Shown here one piece after another: positions 9,040 through 21,209 of a stretch of DNA of 64,000 bases. Within the stretch, counting starts at the first letter, position 1, and every line of letters starts with the position of its first letter. Location of the stretch: assembly GCA_964019335.1 (NCBI GenBank), contig OZ025714.1:248001-312000 (forward strand). The letters run 5' to 3'. Origin of the DNA: Diplonema japonicum. Its lineage: Eukaryota > Protista > Euglenozoa: Diplonemea. The notes beneath the pieces are model-generated. The model ran no database searches. It was not told the DNA's origin and saw nothing but the letters and a program-made list of their open reading frames with translations. The position numbers were made by a program, and so were the translations under genes.

Positions 9040-12000
9040 CTACCGAGGAGTCTCGCAGTTGAAGCAAATCGACGACTCCTCGGGGTTTGCCTCCAAACAG
9101 GCAGAGCACTCCCAACCGTCAGGAGATGGGGCGGGTTCTTGGGGGGGTGGAACAGGGTCAACTTTTTCAACTTTTTCAATTTTTTCGTTTTCGGGTTCTT
9201 GTTTCTGCGGCGGTTCAACGGAAGGAGGAGGCACTTGAGGCGGCGTAATGACAGGCTCAACCTTCACAACAGGCAGCGGTGCTAGCTGCGGAGACACTGT
9301 GGCAGGAGGAGGCCGCTGATGTTGCTGTAATGGTGGTGTAGAAACGGCTGCTGGCTGAGGCGTGGCTGTAGTAGAGATTTCCGATCTCTGTGGACTCACA
9401 AAGAAATCGTCGATCTTCGAAGGCAGCGATACTGGCGATGACGCGTCGATCTCCTCAGGCGTTTTTGGCACAGGAGACGGGAAAGGGCGAAGCCTTGTAC
9501 GATCCACCGCCTCCTGTCTGCTCTGAGGAGGCGCGGTACAACTAGCTAGTATCGCCAATGACGTTGCCAAGGCTGCCACAGACCCCAGTTCCCTCACCAT
9601 CGCCACGTAGCACGGCATGATGTCTTCCCCACCGCCTGTGCACCATGTGACAAACTCTTCCCTCTCGATATCTGACGTGCCTTCTTCAAGGAATACCCGT
9701 CTCATCAATACCTCTGCTATCACTTCTGTCGCTGCTGTGCTGTACACCGTTGTTTTTGCAAGCTGCCTCATCAACGCCCCTCCCTTGCGGCACTGGTTCT
9801 GCAGGGATGTTCTCGATACTCTTTCTTTAAAGCCGAAGGCTTTCTTCCATGCTTCCCTCCATTCGTCTTCCTGCCTCTTCCCCGTGGTGTATTCTTGAGT
9901 GGGTCGCATTTCTGCGAGCATGTTTCGCTTTTGGTCCTCCAGAAGATCGTCCACTCGAACATCTTCACTGAGGTCGGAGTCCCCATCGTGCAGCTCCTTC
10001 CTGTCATCCCACTGCATGTGCAGAGGCGGTGTGAGGACGTTGTGCCCTGCTTCGCACTGCCTTGCTATCGCTTTACGTGAGAATCCGCATACAGATGACT
10101 TGCAATGCGATGGCGACACCGACCCTTCAGGCTTGTCCGTGAACGCGCGCTGTGTTTTACAGTAACGTTGTACTTAGTTTGCGAAGCATACCAAATCTGC
10201 GTTGGCCTCAATGGTGAACCCGGCTTGCTTGGCCTTCCGCATCCATTTCCTTAAGTCCCTTACGAGATCCACCGCTTGTTCGTCAGGTGAAGACAACAGT
10301 GATGAAATGTTTATGGTTCCATGACTGCCAGGAGTGCACGTGCGTCCTGGGCTTCCATGGGGGTGGAGCTCCGATTTGCACACCTTGCTCCATTCTTGCC
10401 GTAACTTGCGCAGCCACATCACCGCCACAGAAGGGAACTGCGGTGTGGTGTCGATGGTGTTGTTCTTAGGTGGCATACCTCGGCACACAGCAGGATTGAT
10501 TTCGTTCGCGAAGACGAGCTTCCCCCCACCTCTGTCTTCAGCCCCAACCGCAGTGCGGAGTGCTGGCACGTGCTGCTGTAGCGCTGTGCCACTGTTGGGT
10601 AGCTTGCGTCGGGCGCACGGTAGCCGTCCCTGTCTGGGAGGTCATGCTGGTCGATGCTGACCACACGGGAAAGCTTGAAGATCTTGGCTTCTGAAGATTC
10701 ACTGAAACACCAATGAAGGGCGCCATCTGATGTTTTTGTTTAAATGTCCGGAGGGAAAAGAAATACCTATTAATTTCACGAAAACACGCTTCCATGTCCT
10801 CGCCACGGAGGGTACCGAAGCACGCCACAACCAGGTACCGGAGGTGAACGGGTCGGGCGGCGGAGGGGCAGGAAGTTGAAGTTGCTTGTTAGGAGAGGGG
10901 GATCGGGAGACGGTACGCCGTGGCCGTTGTGTCAAAGTGTGCTGGGGTGGCATGGCAGGAGGGAGTACCGCAGGGCTGATGCTCGCATAGCGTGGAGGAG
11001 ACTGTGTCTGCAGCGTAGTCTGCACTGTATCCAAGTTGGCGAGAATAGACTGCAATTCATTGTGACGCTCAACAGCCGCCACTTGCGAGCTCCCCTTCAT
11101 AAACAGCGTGAGGAGCTGCTCACGGGACTCATCATGAAGGACTTCTAGCGCCGCCCGCGACTGCAAGCAGATCGACTCCTTCTCGAGGATCATGGTTTGG
11201 TAGTAGTTTGTCGTCCACGCGATCTGCACCGTGTCGCAGAAAGCTTCGTACTGACGCACTATCTCCTTCCTTTTGTCCACTTCTTGCATTTCCCATTCGT
11301 TGAGATACTGCCCGTACAGCTTCACTTTCACCACTGTCTTGTGCAGGTAGAGGGTTGGAAGGGAACGCTCATACTCTTCCTCAATCCTTGCACGGCTGAT
11401 GTGCTCATCACTTTGGAAGACGTTCTGCACTCTGTTGTGTTCCAAAGCGAGCGCCCTGCTGTAAGCATGTACTTCTGATTCCAACAACACTTGGAAGTAG
11501 CCTTCCTCCTCATCACTAATCATGCCTCTGCATTCTTCTTCAGTAATGGCGAACGCCTTTCGATGCACCCACCTTTGAAAGGCTAGTATCTCAGCTGTGC
11601 CCGCGGACTCCTCTGCCTGAAGCTCAAGGGTTGCGAGGTCGCTCTCCTCGACAGCTTCTATGGTCTCGCGAACCCTTTGTTCGTGCAGGATGACCGTCTC
11701 CAGCTTGCCATCCAAAATCTGCTCGTCGATGGCGTCTTGCTCTGCTTGGAGTTCGGTCATGAAACCGATCTGCTCCTCATGCAGGATGAGCAAGTGCTCG
11801 TGCTCCCAGTCCGCTTCACAGTCGTACACCACACGGTCAGCGGTCTCGGTGCCTTCTAGCATGCTGCATTGTCCCGCGTTGCGCAGCTCGTCGAGCCGTA
11901 CCCTTTCGCTGAAGTGGGTAGTGACTGTGATGAAGTCTTCGGTCTGGGCATGCATGAGGCGCTCCCATGTCTCGTTCTCATCGAAGGCCGTGAAGCACTG

Positions 12001-14550
12001 TTCCGTGTCGTAGGACCGCTCCACCAGCTGCAGCTGGTCCTCGTCTTGCATTTTGCGCAGCATTGTGCCGTGGTCTAACAGTGAGTTGTAGCCTTCGGCC
12101 TCTTCGTCGAGTATCTCGCTGTGTTGTCTGTCGCACTGCACCATGCATGCCTCGATCATGGACGGCAGGATGTCAGCAGACAGGACTGCACGCTGTGACG
12201 CCTCCTCTTCTATGATGGCATTGGTGGCTTCGTTGCAATCCGCTAGCATTGCTTCCCTCTCTTCGCGTTGTTTCTTGAGCAATTCCAGAAGCCCTTTATA
12301 CCGTCTGGCATAAGCGTCGCGCATCGCATTCGCTGTCACGGCCCATTTCCGTACCGAGTTGACGAACAGCTCCCTGGCGCCAGTGCGTCGCTCCTCCATT
12401 TCTGTGTGCGCGAAGGAACGCAAGAACACTTTCGAGGTTCCGATTTGGGCCTTTTCTTTGGATAGGTTAAGTCGTTCAAGAAGGGAAGCAGCTGCGATGA
12501 TCGGGGCTGCCTTGCGGAGTGCGTTGGGTAAGAGAAGCTTAAACCGATCGACAAAAAGCTGGTGAGTGAGACGGACAGGGTACCCAAGCTTTCGAACACG
12601 CACGGTCTCAAGTACACCGGAAGAAGCAAGCTGCGCCATGGTGGTGTTCGGGTCGAAGAGCCCAGGACGCTTAACAGGATGGGGTTTGATACAACGGATC
12701 CAGGAGGGCTTGGTACCGTTAATCATGGAGAGAAGATCTTTGAGCTGCTTTTTGAAAATACTAGTAACGGTCCCCACGGCTGGGTCGGTACCGATTAGAC
12801 ACGCGACGAGGGGGTCGGAGGAGCTACGGACAACCTCGATGATACCGTCTTGTACAGAATCGAGATTCTTCTCACCGAAGTTTGTCACGCAGTACTGCAC
12901 CTCCGCGGCGTAATGCCGTAGACGGAAGGCATCTCTGTCTAGGCGTGTACGATGGAACGCAGGGTCCTCTGAGAACGACGAGGTAATATTATCGAGAAAC
13001 GACGCATCATCCTCCGCACGTGTTTTACACTGGTCGTCGAGATGTGCTAAGATACCGTTGGAGGAGTCCGCGATGAGCGCAACGACGGCTGTGTTGTCTT
13101 GGAACTCAACGTGTTGTGTTTCGATGCCTTCTGCCATGCATTCTGCGATGTCGGCGGTGAAGATGTGTTCGTTGTAGTGATTCTGAAGCATCTCGTTGGC
13201 GAGATTGATGCATAGTTGTTCCAACGAGTTAACTTGGAAATGCTCGAAGCCGAATATATCAAGCAGCCCAATCCAAGAACTGTCCTGAACAGCGGGCTTC
13301 ATCGTTTCGTTGATTTTGAATATCAGCCATTTAAACAGCGACGCGTAGATTTCTTTGCATATTGCGTCGCGTGTTGCGGTGGCTTTCCCGACGGAGTGTT
13401 TTCGAACTACAGTTTCGTTGCCCGCCTTCGTTGTCAGTGTTGTGAGCTCCCTGCGAAGATCTGAAACGGAAACACGCCACATTTTCGCGGATTTCTCCAG
13501 AAATTCTTCGGAGCTCGCCGACATGACCGTCTCGTCTGTTTCAGGGTCCATTGTAAACTCGACTCGCTGCATGTGCAGGATTCCCGCGACGAGGGACCAT
13601 GTTGTCTTGATCTCATCGGCTGTCATCCCCATTGTTTCCATTGCCTCGCATGTTTCTTTGAAACATTCCTTGTCGTTGACACCTTCGATGTTTATAACCT
13701 TCCCGCAGGACGGGTAGGATAAGGGTGCGTCGAGATCGAAGGCGGACTTGGCGTCGTCGGAGGCTAGGAGTTGGTAGAAGGAATGGAAAATCCTCTCTTG
13801 CTTCCCCGCGCCGATCACCCTCGACCTTTCCAGCAAATAGCTTGTCGTGTGTGCCCCGATGATGTGCCCGTCCTCGTTGTACAAAACCTTCAAAAACTTC
13901 CCGAATCGGGAGGAATTGTCGTTTCTGACAGTTTTAGCGTTTCCAAACGTTTCAAGTATGGGGTTGCAGGCTTCGATTTTACCCTGCAAGCCATGCTCGT
14001 CGGAGGACGGTCCGCCTGCAGCTTCGGACAGGTATTTCAAAAGACTCTTCACCGCTTCTGTTTTCCCTGCTCCGGATTCACCAGATACCAGCACTGTTTG
14101 GTTTTGCTGGTTGGACAGCATAGCTTCGTAAGCGTTCTTTCCAATGCTCCATATGTGAGGCGGTAGGTCTGGTTGTCCTTTTATGTACAATGGGATTTTG
14201 TCTATGGTGTATTCTGGTATGGTGTATTTCCAAGGGTTGAGGGAGAGGACCACGGAAGGGCCGATGAACGTGTATATTTGGTCTTTCTGGTGGCGTTTTC
14301 GTACGCAGCGCAGCAGGGCGCCCTCGTGGAGCTCGCTGAGTTTTAGCAGGTCGTCGGTTTCCGCGTCGATCCCCTTCTCGTCCATTATGGAGTAGCAGTT
14401 TGCATCTTTTATCTTTCCCCACGATTTTCCGTTTTCAGCTCGAATGTTACCGTCGATGCCCCGCCGGCCTAACACCCACGATTCGTCCTCAGTGTGGAAA
14501 TAAACTGCTTCGCCCCGTGGGCTGCGGGGTGTCCCTGAAGACGACGACAT
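9040..14550 (-). CDS. Myosin heavy chain with PH domain and C-terminal RanBP2-type zinc finger; 3 introns, about 1795 aa
   Basis: GESGAGKT P-loop, NDNSSRFGKF, DIFGFE; splicing 10727-10766, 10438-10478 and 10150-10191 joins four listed ORFs in frame; ends WECSAC...N...C..C. Confidence 0.85.
10150..10191 (-). other. GT-AG intron, 42 nt
   Basis: GTATGC...ACACAG; removes an in-frame stop and joins ADL|RAFTDK. Confidence 0.8.
10438..10478 (-). other. GT-AG intron, 41 nt
   Basis: GTATGC...CCGCAG; restores PH-type terminal helix LCAE|FPSVAVMWLRKL. Confidence 0.8.
10727..10766 (-). other. GT-AG intron, 40 nt
   Basis: GTATTT...CATCAG; restores WKRVFVKLI-D-GALHW. Confidence 0.8.
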
Positions 14551-14618
14551 TTTTTTTTTTTTTTACTGGAAAGCGAATTTTTTTGGGATTGGGGGTGAGG
14601 GGGGGAAAAAAAAAAGAA

Positions 14619-15102
14619 TTACATTATTTTTTGCGAACCGTCGTCGGCTTCGTCTCCCTCGATGCACCGTGTGGTCCACAGCCCGTGTTTCTTCAGCGAG
14701 TTTATCTTCTTTTTCCTCCCGACAATGTAATTCGCGTGGACAATCACGGGCTTGTAGTCCAACCCCGGGCCATCTTCTCCACAGAGATGCTTGAAGTAAA
14801 TACACCCGTTTGCAAAGAGGCATCCGTTGAAGAAGCCGTAAGTGTAAGGTAGTTTTTTGGACGCCATCGAGTCCTATTGTTATTATTATTTTTTTTTTTT
14901 TTTTGTAGAAAAAAAAAAAAAAAATCATATACCTGGTGAATGGCCGTGTTAATCGCAGGTTGATCGCCGGTAAGCGAACCCTTTTTGCAGATTTGATACG
15001 CTTTCTTTAAAAGCGCGATGACCTCCGGTTTTGCTTGGGCAAAGTAAAACCCGGTGTTGAGCTTTGCAAGCTTGTTGCGGGCAAGGTCCGCGTTGTCGGG
15101 GA

Positions 15103-15137
<35 letters not shown>

Positions 15138-15964
15138 CCCTCCAAATTTCCCCTCAACCATACCTTATGACAACTACCAATACTGAACGTTAAAGATAAG
15201 TCCCAACGAACGTGCGACATGGGGTTTTGTTTCCAAGTGATATCGGCGTCGGTCAGCAGAACATTGTAACCGGCCTGCAGCAGGTTTGTAACGGGGACCA
15301 GCTTGGTACAGACAAGCTTGTGAAAATTCTCCTCCGCCCAGGCCGCGCTTTTAGAGGTCACAAAGGGAAGATCCTTATCGACGTAGACAGGGAGTTTTCG
15401 TTGCTTGAAGACTTCTAGAACGTCTTTGTCCATGGCAAGCAACACATAATTGTGGATTCCAAGTTTTCGGAGGGAACAGACTATATTGAAGGCGAACTTG
15501 ACATACCCCATGTTGCATGGGATCACGATGATGGTCTTGTTTTGTGCCCGGTGTTTGGGTAGTTCTAGCCCGTTGATTTCATAATTTTCAGGCAGAGGTG
15601 GCTCTTCGTTGGTGTGTAGTTCGTCTATGGCTTCTATGTCGTGCGAGTCGGAGGCGGCATCGTGGACTTCGTCTTTCAGGCCTTGATGGTGGACGAATTC
15701 TTCCAGGACCTTTTCGCTGGCCAGTTGTTTTGTTTTTAGTTCGCTGTTCTTCACCAGCTGTTCTGCTACGTTTTCCCGCATGTTGTCCAGTTTTTCATCT
15801 CGGTCCTTGTGGAGCTCGTGGAGCTCGTCTATTTTTTCCAACAAACTTCTCCTGCTGCCGGTCGCCAAACCCCCACCCACAGCGTGTCCTATTATAAAAC
15901 CCAACGCCAGCCCCACAACGAGGAACTGCAACCTGTCCACTGTCAAGAACCGTTTCGGTTTCAT
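14619..15964 (-). CDS. Nucleotide-diphospho-sugar transferase (GT77-like), type II membrane protein; 2 introns
   Basis: N-terminal TM, coiled stem, GYNVLLTDAD (DxD), NTGFYF, DQ motif, VHANY near the C-terminus after splicing. Confidence 0.85.
14874..14932 (-). other. GT-AG intron, 59 nt, T16-CTAC-A16 foldback
   Basis: GTATATGA T16 CTAC A16 TAATAATAACAATAG; joins AIHQ|DSMASK. Confidence 0.88.
15107..15163 (-). other. GT-AG intron, 57 nt, G-rich then poly(A) running into AG
   Basis: GTATGGTTGAGGGGAAATTTGGAGGG A29 AG; removes a poly-Lys insert, SCHK|SLPD. Confidence 0.85.
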
Positions 15965-16639
15965 TTTTTTTTTTGTGGCGTCCTTTTTTTTTTTTTTTTT
16001 TTTTTAAATAGGGAGTGGAAATTTGTTTTTTTTACAAAAAAGAAAAAAAATAAATAAAAAAAGGGAAAACGTGTGGGGGAGCAGGAAAAAAAGGGGGGGG
16101 GGGAAAGGGTTCAATGGATGGGACCAAGGAAAATAAAAACTGAAAGAGAAAAAGGAGACAAAAAAAGAGAAAAAGAAAACACACACACACTAAAAAAAGG
16201 GGGGGGGGCAAAAAACAAAATTGGGGCGGAGTGAAATGGGAGCAGGAAGGGTGTGTGGGAGGGCGAAAAAAAAGAAAATCAATATGACACACCAAACCAC
16301 TTCTCCCCTAAGTGAAGTGCTTCAAAAAAGAAAAAAAGAAAACACGCAGCAAGCCGAGATATCGGTGAAGGGAGCATGAAGCGGGAAGATAATCACACTT
16401 TTTTTCCCTCCCCGGCTCTTTTCTTCTCCACTCCTCTCTCCTCCCCCCCCCCCCCCCCCCCCTTCAAATCTCAATTTTTCGTGTCGTTTTATAAAGGTTT
16501 TTTTGATGATTTTTTCCCCCCTCTTTTCCTCTTCCTCCCCCTTCAGATATGCTATTGAAAATTAACGTTTTTTTTTTTTTTTTTCTTTTTTTCCGTCGGA
16601 GCTCATTATACTTTTTTTTTTTGTTTTCCTTTTTTCGCT

Positions 16640-16999
16640 CTATTTGTCCAAATGTTGTCTTCCCATTGCCGCTGCGAGGGCTGGATTTTTGGGTATGCCT
16701 CCTTTATGGGCGGCTTTTGGTTCATTCGGCGGCGGTTGCTTTTGTTCCTCTCCCGGCATTATTGGCCGAGCGACACTCATAACATTGCTGCACACAGGGC
16801 ACATCGCCACCGTCGTGTTTTGCGGCACCACAAGGCAAGCATTGCAGCTGCTGCACTGGACTCGGATATTTTGAATCGGGGTCACCGTCTGACAGATGGG
16901 ACACCGAACGGAAGGGGCACCCACTGGGAAGGCGAGCACCGTAGTGCACCCCGAACACCTAAACTGGCTCTGCAACGGTTGGCTGCCTGCTGCGTCCAT
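16640..16999 (-). CDS. LSD1-type zinc finger protein (two fingers)
   Basis: CSGC..L.FP.GA.SVRC..C...T and a second CxxC/CxxC unit. Confidence 0.8.
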   Translation of the reverse strand: MDAAGSQPLQSQFRCSGCTTVLAFPVGAPSVRCPICQTVTPIQNIRVQCSSCNACLVVPQNTTVAMCPVCSNVMSVARPIMPGEEQKQPPPNEPKAAHKGGIPKNPALAAAMGRQHLDK

Positions 17000-17155
17000 T
17001 TTATCTTCTTCTTTCTACCCCCTATAATTCTTTTTTTTTTCTTTTTTTTTTTATTATCATACTCGTACAAAAGAGAACAAAAAAAAAGAACAAAAAAAAA
17101 AAAAAAAAAAAAAAAAGCACATGTGGGAACACAGGTGGCGGGGGATATAAATATT

Positions 17156-20029
17156 CTATTTCTTCCCTGTTGTCGCTGCTTTGAACTGTCCCCACTCCAT
17201 TGCCAACGGGCTCTCCTTACCCCATGCCAGTGTTTCCGGCTTATGCGGTTGGGGGACCACCGTCATGGCGTTTGTCTTGAGCCTCGCCGTCATGGGCCGT
17301 GATGGGAATGGTCTGTTCTTCGGACGGTTCAACGGTGCTGAAAAAAGCGGGTTCTCCGACACAAAAAGATCCCCCAGCCCTGCAATAGGACAGGTTGCCC
17401 CTGGTGTCCATGAAGTTACCTTATGTGGGCCTTCTGTCCAATTTCCGGACTTGCGGCTGTGTACTTTAGGTACATCTTCATCATCACAACATGATTGCGA
17501 GTTCACGTCGGTCAAGCTGCTCATGCTGTCTACTGTGCCATCACTACCCGATGCGGTCTCAGGGGTCGGCACGGTTTGAACAAAGACCTCATGTTCGTGT
17601 TTGTCGTCTTCCAGTGCATTGCCCACCACCTCCATGCCCCCTGTTTCTTGTGAATGAGCAATGTGCCCCCGGAGTAAAGATGCGTTTCGATACCCTGCTG
17701 CATACTGGTCGGAGGGTGCAAGGTGGTACCGAGGGTCGCTCGGTGGAGAAGGCTCGTACGAAGCGTTCGCCTTCTTCGTTGGCGAGAACGAGAACACCTT
17801 GCTGGTTCGGGCTGGGGTACCATTCTGTGCAGGGTACGACGGTGGTGGGGGGATCACATTCTGTCGTTGAACTTCCGGCTCACGCATCGGGTTTGAACCG
17901 AACACCGGGTTAGCAATACTCGGCGGTTTTGAACACAGTATTAGTTGCAGACGTGACTGTGACGCTTCTCCTTTGTTTCCTTTGGGTGCCTTGGTGCCCA
18001 GTTGTCTCGTAGGTGTGTTTTTCGGAAACTGTTCATCCAGATCCAAACTGAAGTTTAAAAGGTGCAGCTTTTTATCGTCTTGTTTCGCTTTGGGTTTTGG
18101 GTCGAAGAATATTTCTGGTACTTTCGGGACCAGTTCGACACTCTCGGGAAGCGGCGGGTGGGACACGGTGGGGTGTTGCAAGTTGTGTGCCGACACCATG
18201 CCCTCCACAGCATTGGACACCTTACGGACAAGGTCGTTCTTGCGCTCGATGAGAGATTTCTTTGCGCCAAGCCACGTCTTGATTTCGGTGTTCCACTTCC
18301 GAGTGAGAGTGGGACCGAAGGCAACAGAAGCGACCACTCCGTAGTAAAGTGCATTTTTACAAGAAGCACATGAACTCTCCGGATATCCATAAGGACCCTT
18401 CCCACATCGGTAGCAATAGCTGATGCGGCAATGGAACTCAGGAGGGACGGCGGAGAGCTCGTGTTCAGCGTGGACAGTAGCACGACGAGCCTTCTGTTTT
18501 GCAACCATAAGCTTCCAAGTGGCACGCGCAGACTCGGAGGACAACAACATGGCTTCTTCAAAAAGCGCCTGTAGCTCCGCTATTTTCTCCCCCGAAAGGT
18601 CTAAGAGGCGCGATTTTTCCAGCATGTTCACGATGGCGATGTAAAAATTGTTCTCGCCGAGCACCGGGGTCTGCTGGGGAACGTGCAATACTTGTACTTC
18701 GGTTTCTTTCGAAGCCGCAGTCTCCATCTCCTTCGTTTTATCGTTCAGCTGTGTCCCCATCTTTTTCAATGCGTCCTCCAGACGAAGACGCTCTCTTTCC
18801 TGTGCTTGCATCTTGTCGCGTAGTTCTTGAAGCGTGGCCTCCATTGCCGCACTGTACTCCTTGTGTTCTTTTTTCAAATCATCTGTTTTGTCTGAGAAAT
18901 CTGTTTGCGAGAGTACGCTGGCGGTTCCCCGCATCTGGATGGCATCGAGCGTGCGTTGAAGAGAAGCAGCTTTTTCGGAAACGGCGGTGCTCCACAAAAC
19001 AAGCCCCTTGACCTTGTCTGACAGCGTACCGAGCTTGCCAACACACGTTAAAAACCCGTCCTGATATTTTCCAACAAAGGCCGGTTCCCAATCTGTGTTG
19101 GAAGATGCTGTAAATTCGAGGCTGATAAGGGGCAAAGGGGACGCTTTCAGCAATTTTGCAGCCGGTTGGAATTCAGTTAAAACCCTGTTAACGGTATCGG
19201 AAAGGGTGGTGATTTCACTGGAGGCGATTGGCGGGTTGGGGAACAACGACGGGAGTTGTTCCAGACCGGTTTTAAGGTATGTGAACAAAGAGGATGTCCG
19301 GGTCGTGGTTGTGACTGTTTTGAGGGTTTCTCGGAGGCTGTGGATCGTCTTGAAAACCTCTTCCACCACACTGAGGAGGACTCGTTTTAAAATAGAGTAT
19401 TTTTTGGCGTGGTTTCGCAGTGTTTGCTTTGCGTCGTGGAGTTCTTGTTTTGTTTCCGCGATCATTTGCCGTTGTTCGTTGAGTTCTTGCAGCAAAGCAT
19501 GCTGGTGGTCGGTGCCCCTGTCGGGGTCTGCGGGCCCTGATGTTTTCCAGATTTCCAGTTCCCTTCGGAGATCTTCTATTTTGGTTTCGAGTTTCAGCTT
19601 CACGACACATTCTCTTCTTAAGACGAGGTTCAATTCTTGGTTTTTCTTGTGTAGTAGTCTTTCTTGGATCATCAGTTCCTCGAGGTTCATGGTGTCGATT
19701 TCGCTGGGGTTTTTGATATCGGGGTCGCGTTCAGGGAGCGGGCCTCGCTTGCCCAGCATCGCAGGGAGGGAGAACTTCATGGGGCCTTCATTTACTTCGT
19801 TGAACCTCTGTACTATTGTGTCGAGAATCGGGGATTTTCCGAAATCGGGCGATACCGTCGCATCCCCTTCCATCTCCTCCTTCAAAGCCGTCATCCGAAA
19901 CTTTCTTGCCGTCTTCGCCACCGTCGCTACATTTCTGATGTCGTTGATGGTCTTTAGCTGCCTCGTCGCCGCCTCGGACTTTCCATCTTCAATCGCTCTC
20001 TCGAAACTCAACCTGCCGCGCTCGGTCAT
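17156..20029 (-). CDS. Hypothetical coiled-coil protein with CxxC pair and low-complexity tail
   Basis: 957-aa ORF with coding-like composition; heptad-rich N-half; CYRC...CASC. Confidence 0.8.
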   Translation of the reverse strand: MTERGRLSFERAIEDGKSEAATRQLKTINDIRNVATVAKTARKFRMTALKEEMEGDATVSPDFGKSPILDTIVQRFNEVNEGPMKFSLPAMLGKRGPLPERDPDIKNPSEIDTMNLEELMIQERLLHKKNQELNLVLRRECVVKLKLETKIEDLRRELEIWKTSGPADPDRGTDHQHALLQELNEQRQMIAETKQELHDAKQTLRNHAKKYSILKRVLLSVVEEVFKTIHSLRETLKTVTTTTRTSSLFTYLKTGLEQLPSLFPNPPIASSEITTLSDTVNRVLTEFQPAAKLLKASPLPLISLEFTASSNTDWEPAFVGKYQDGFLTCVGKLGTLSDKVKGLVLWSTAVSEKAASLQRTLDAIQMRGTASVLSQTDFSDKTDDLKKEHKEYSAAMEATLQELRDKMQAQERERLRLEDALKKMGTQLNDKTKEMETAASKETEVQVLHVPQQTPVLGENNFYIAIVNMLEKSRLLDLSGEKIAELQALFEEAMLLSSESARATWKLMVAKQKARRATVHAEHELSAVPPEFHCRISYCYRCGKGPYGYPESSCASCKNALYYGVVASVAFGPTLTRKWNTEIKTWLGAKKSLIERKNDLVRKVSNAVEGMVSAHNLQHPTVSHPPLPESVELVPKVPEIFFDPKPKAKQDDKKLHLLNFSLDLDEQFPKNTPTRQLGTKAPKGNKGEASQSRLQLILCSKPPSIANPVFGSNPMREPEVQRQNVIPPPPSYPAQNGTPARTSKVFSFSPTKKANASYEPSPPSDPRYHLAPSDQYAAGYRNASLLRGHIAHSQETGGMEVVGNALEDDKHEHEVFVQTVPTPETASGSDGTVDSMSSLTDVNSQSCCDDEDVPKVHSRKSGNWTEGPHKVTSWTPGATCPIAGLGDLFVSENPLFSAPLNRPKNRPFPSRPMTARLKTNAMTVVPQPHKPETLAWGKESPLAMEWGQFKAATTGKK

Positions 20030-20292
20030 CGTTGCATTATTATTTTTTTTGTTTTGTTTCCCCCTTCCTTTTCCCCCTCCTTTTTTTTTTTTTTTTTTTT
20101 TTTGCTACACACAGAAATTACAAAAAAAAGGGGGGGGAGAGGGGAAAACCATAAAAGATTTCCTTCTTTGTTGTTGTTGTTGTTGTTATTTACACTCCTC
20201 CCCCCCGTTCTAATATAAAAAAAAATATAAAAAAAAACAGAAATACAAAAAAAAAAAAAATGTCTAAAAAAAAAAAAGTTTTCTTTTTCCTT

Positions 20293-21150
20293 CTAAAGAT
20301 TATCAGACCAAATCCCAACACGAGTTAAAGGTGTTTCTTCCAGCTCGGCGTGGACGGACGTGGACGCGGTTGTGTTCAGGGTGGTCGTCGTGGCGTTGTT
20401 TCCCTCGGGGGTGTAAGGGGGTTTCAGGCCGAGTTGCAGAAGCACCGTTTTGACAGCTTCCACAAGGGCTTCAGGAGGAGCCCGGTCGTCCTTCTTGGGT
20501 GAAACGGAAGGTGGCGGAGATAGAATTTGTCTATGAATAGAAAATGGGGGCCGCTCTTTGGTAGGGGAAATGCGTAAAGGGGGCGTGGGGGGCGGAGAGA
20601 CAGTCTTCCCCTGGAGCGACGGACGAAACTGAGCTGCCCATCGTTGCTTATCGCTCTCTATCCGTTTCGAAGTCTCGCTCCGCTTTAATCTGATTTGAGC
20701 TTTTCTGTCGGTTTCCGCTTTAAAGGCATCTGGTGTGAACAAGGCACAACTTTCGCCTTTTTTTTGATCTGGTTTTCCGGAGAAGAGTGACTTATAAACA
20801 CCCCATCCATACGCTGCATTTTGTTCCAGGGTTGCCAGTTTTTTCAAAAGTTCTACATGTTGTAACACGGTCTCTGTGCACTCCTCTTCAACCAATTTTT
20901 TTTGCAGCACTGCCTTCATGTCAGCCACAACTGCCTGCCCGCACTTCTCGCATTGCTTGTACACCCAATGCCCTGGTACGCAGGCTTCTTCCTGTTCTGT
21001 CTCAGTGCACAGCTTTATCATCTTAACCGGGACCCTTCCAGTTGGGTGTCGTTTCCTGACGGTTTTTACCGCTACTTCGAGAAGGGCCTCGGTCACGCTT
21101 TTCCGAGTTTTGTCGGGGTATAGTTCTAAAAAGTTTTTCGGTGTTTCCAT
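20293..21150 (-). CDS. Hypothetical protein
   Basis: 285-aa ORF; ATG preceded by A23; same strand as the cluster. Confidence 0.75.
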   Translation of the reverse strand: METPKNFLELYPDKTRKSVTEALLEVAVKTVRKRHPTGRVPVKMIKLCTETEQEEACVPGHWVYKQCEKCGQAVVADMKAVLQKKLVEEECTETVLQHVELLKKLATLEQNAAYGWGVYKSLFSGKPDQKKGESCALFTPDAFKAETDRKAQIRLKRSETSKRIESDKQRWAAQFRPSLQGKTVSPPPTPPLRISPTKERPPFSIHRQILSPPPSVSPKKDDRAPPEALVEAVKTVLLQLGLKPPYTPEGNNATTTTLNTTASTSVHAELEETPLTRVGIWSDNL

Positions 21151-21209
21151 TTTTTTTTTTTTTTTTTTTTTTTAAAGTTCACCCTTTTTTTTTTTTTTTT
21201 TTTTTATAT

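Noticed and set aside
10057-10092. Possible extra in-frame 36-nt intron (GTATGC...GGCAG) in the myosin tail
   Set aside because: Good donor, but no stop, frameshift or motif requires it; undecidable without cDNA.
14874-14932. Programmed frameshifting or pseudogenisation at homopolymers inside genes
   Set aside because: Every interruption is bounded by GT...AG and its removal restores frame, so splicing is the simpler explanation.
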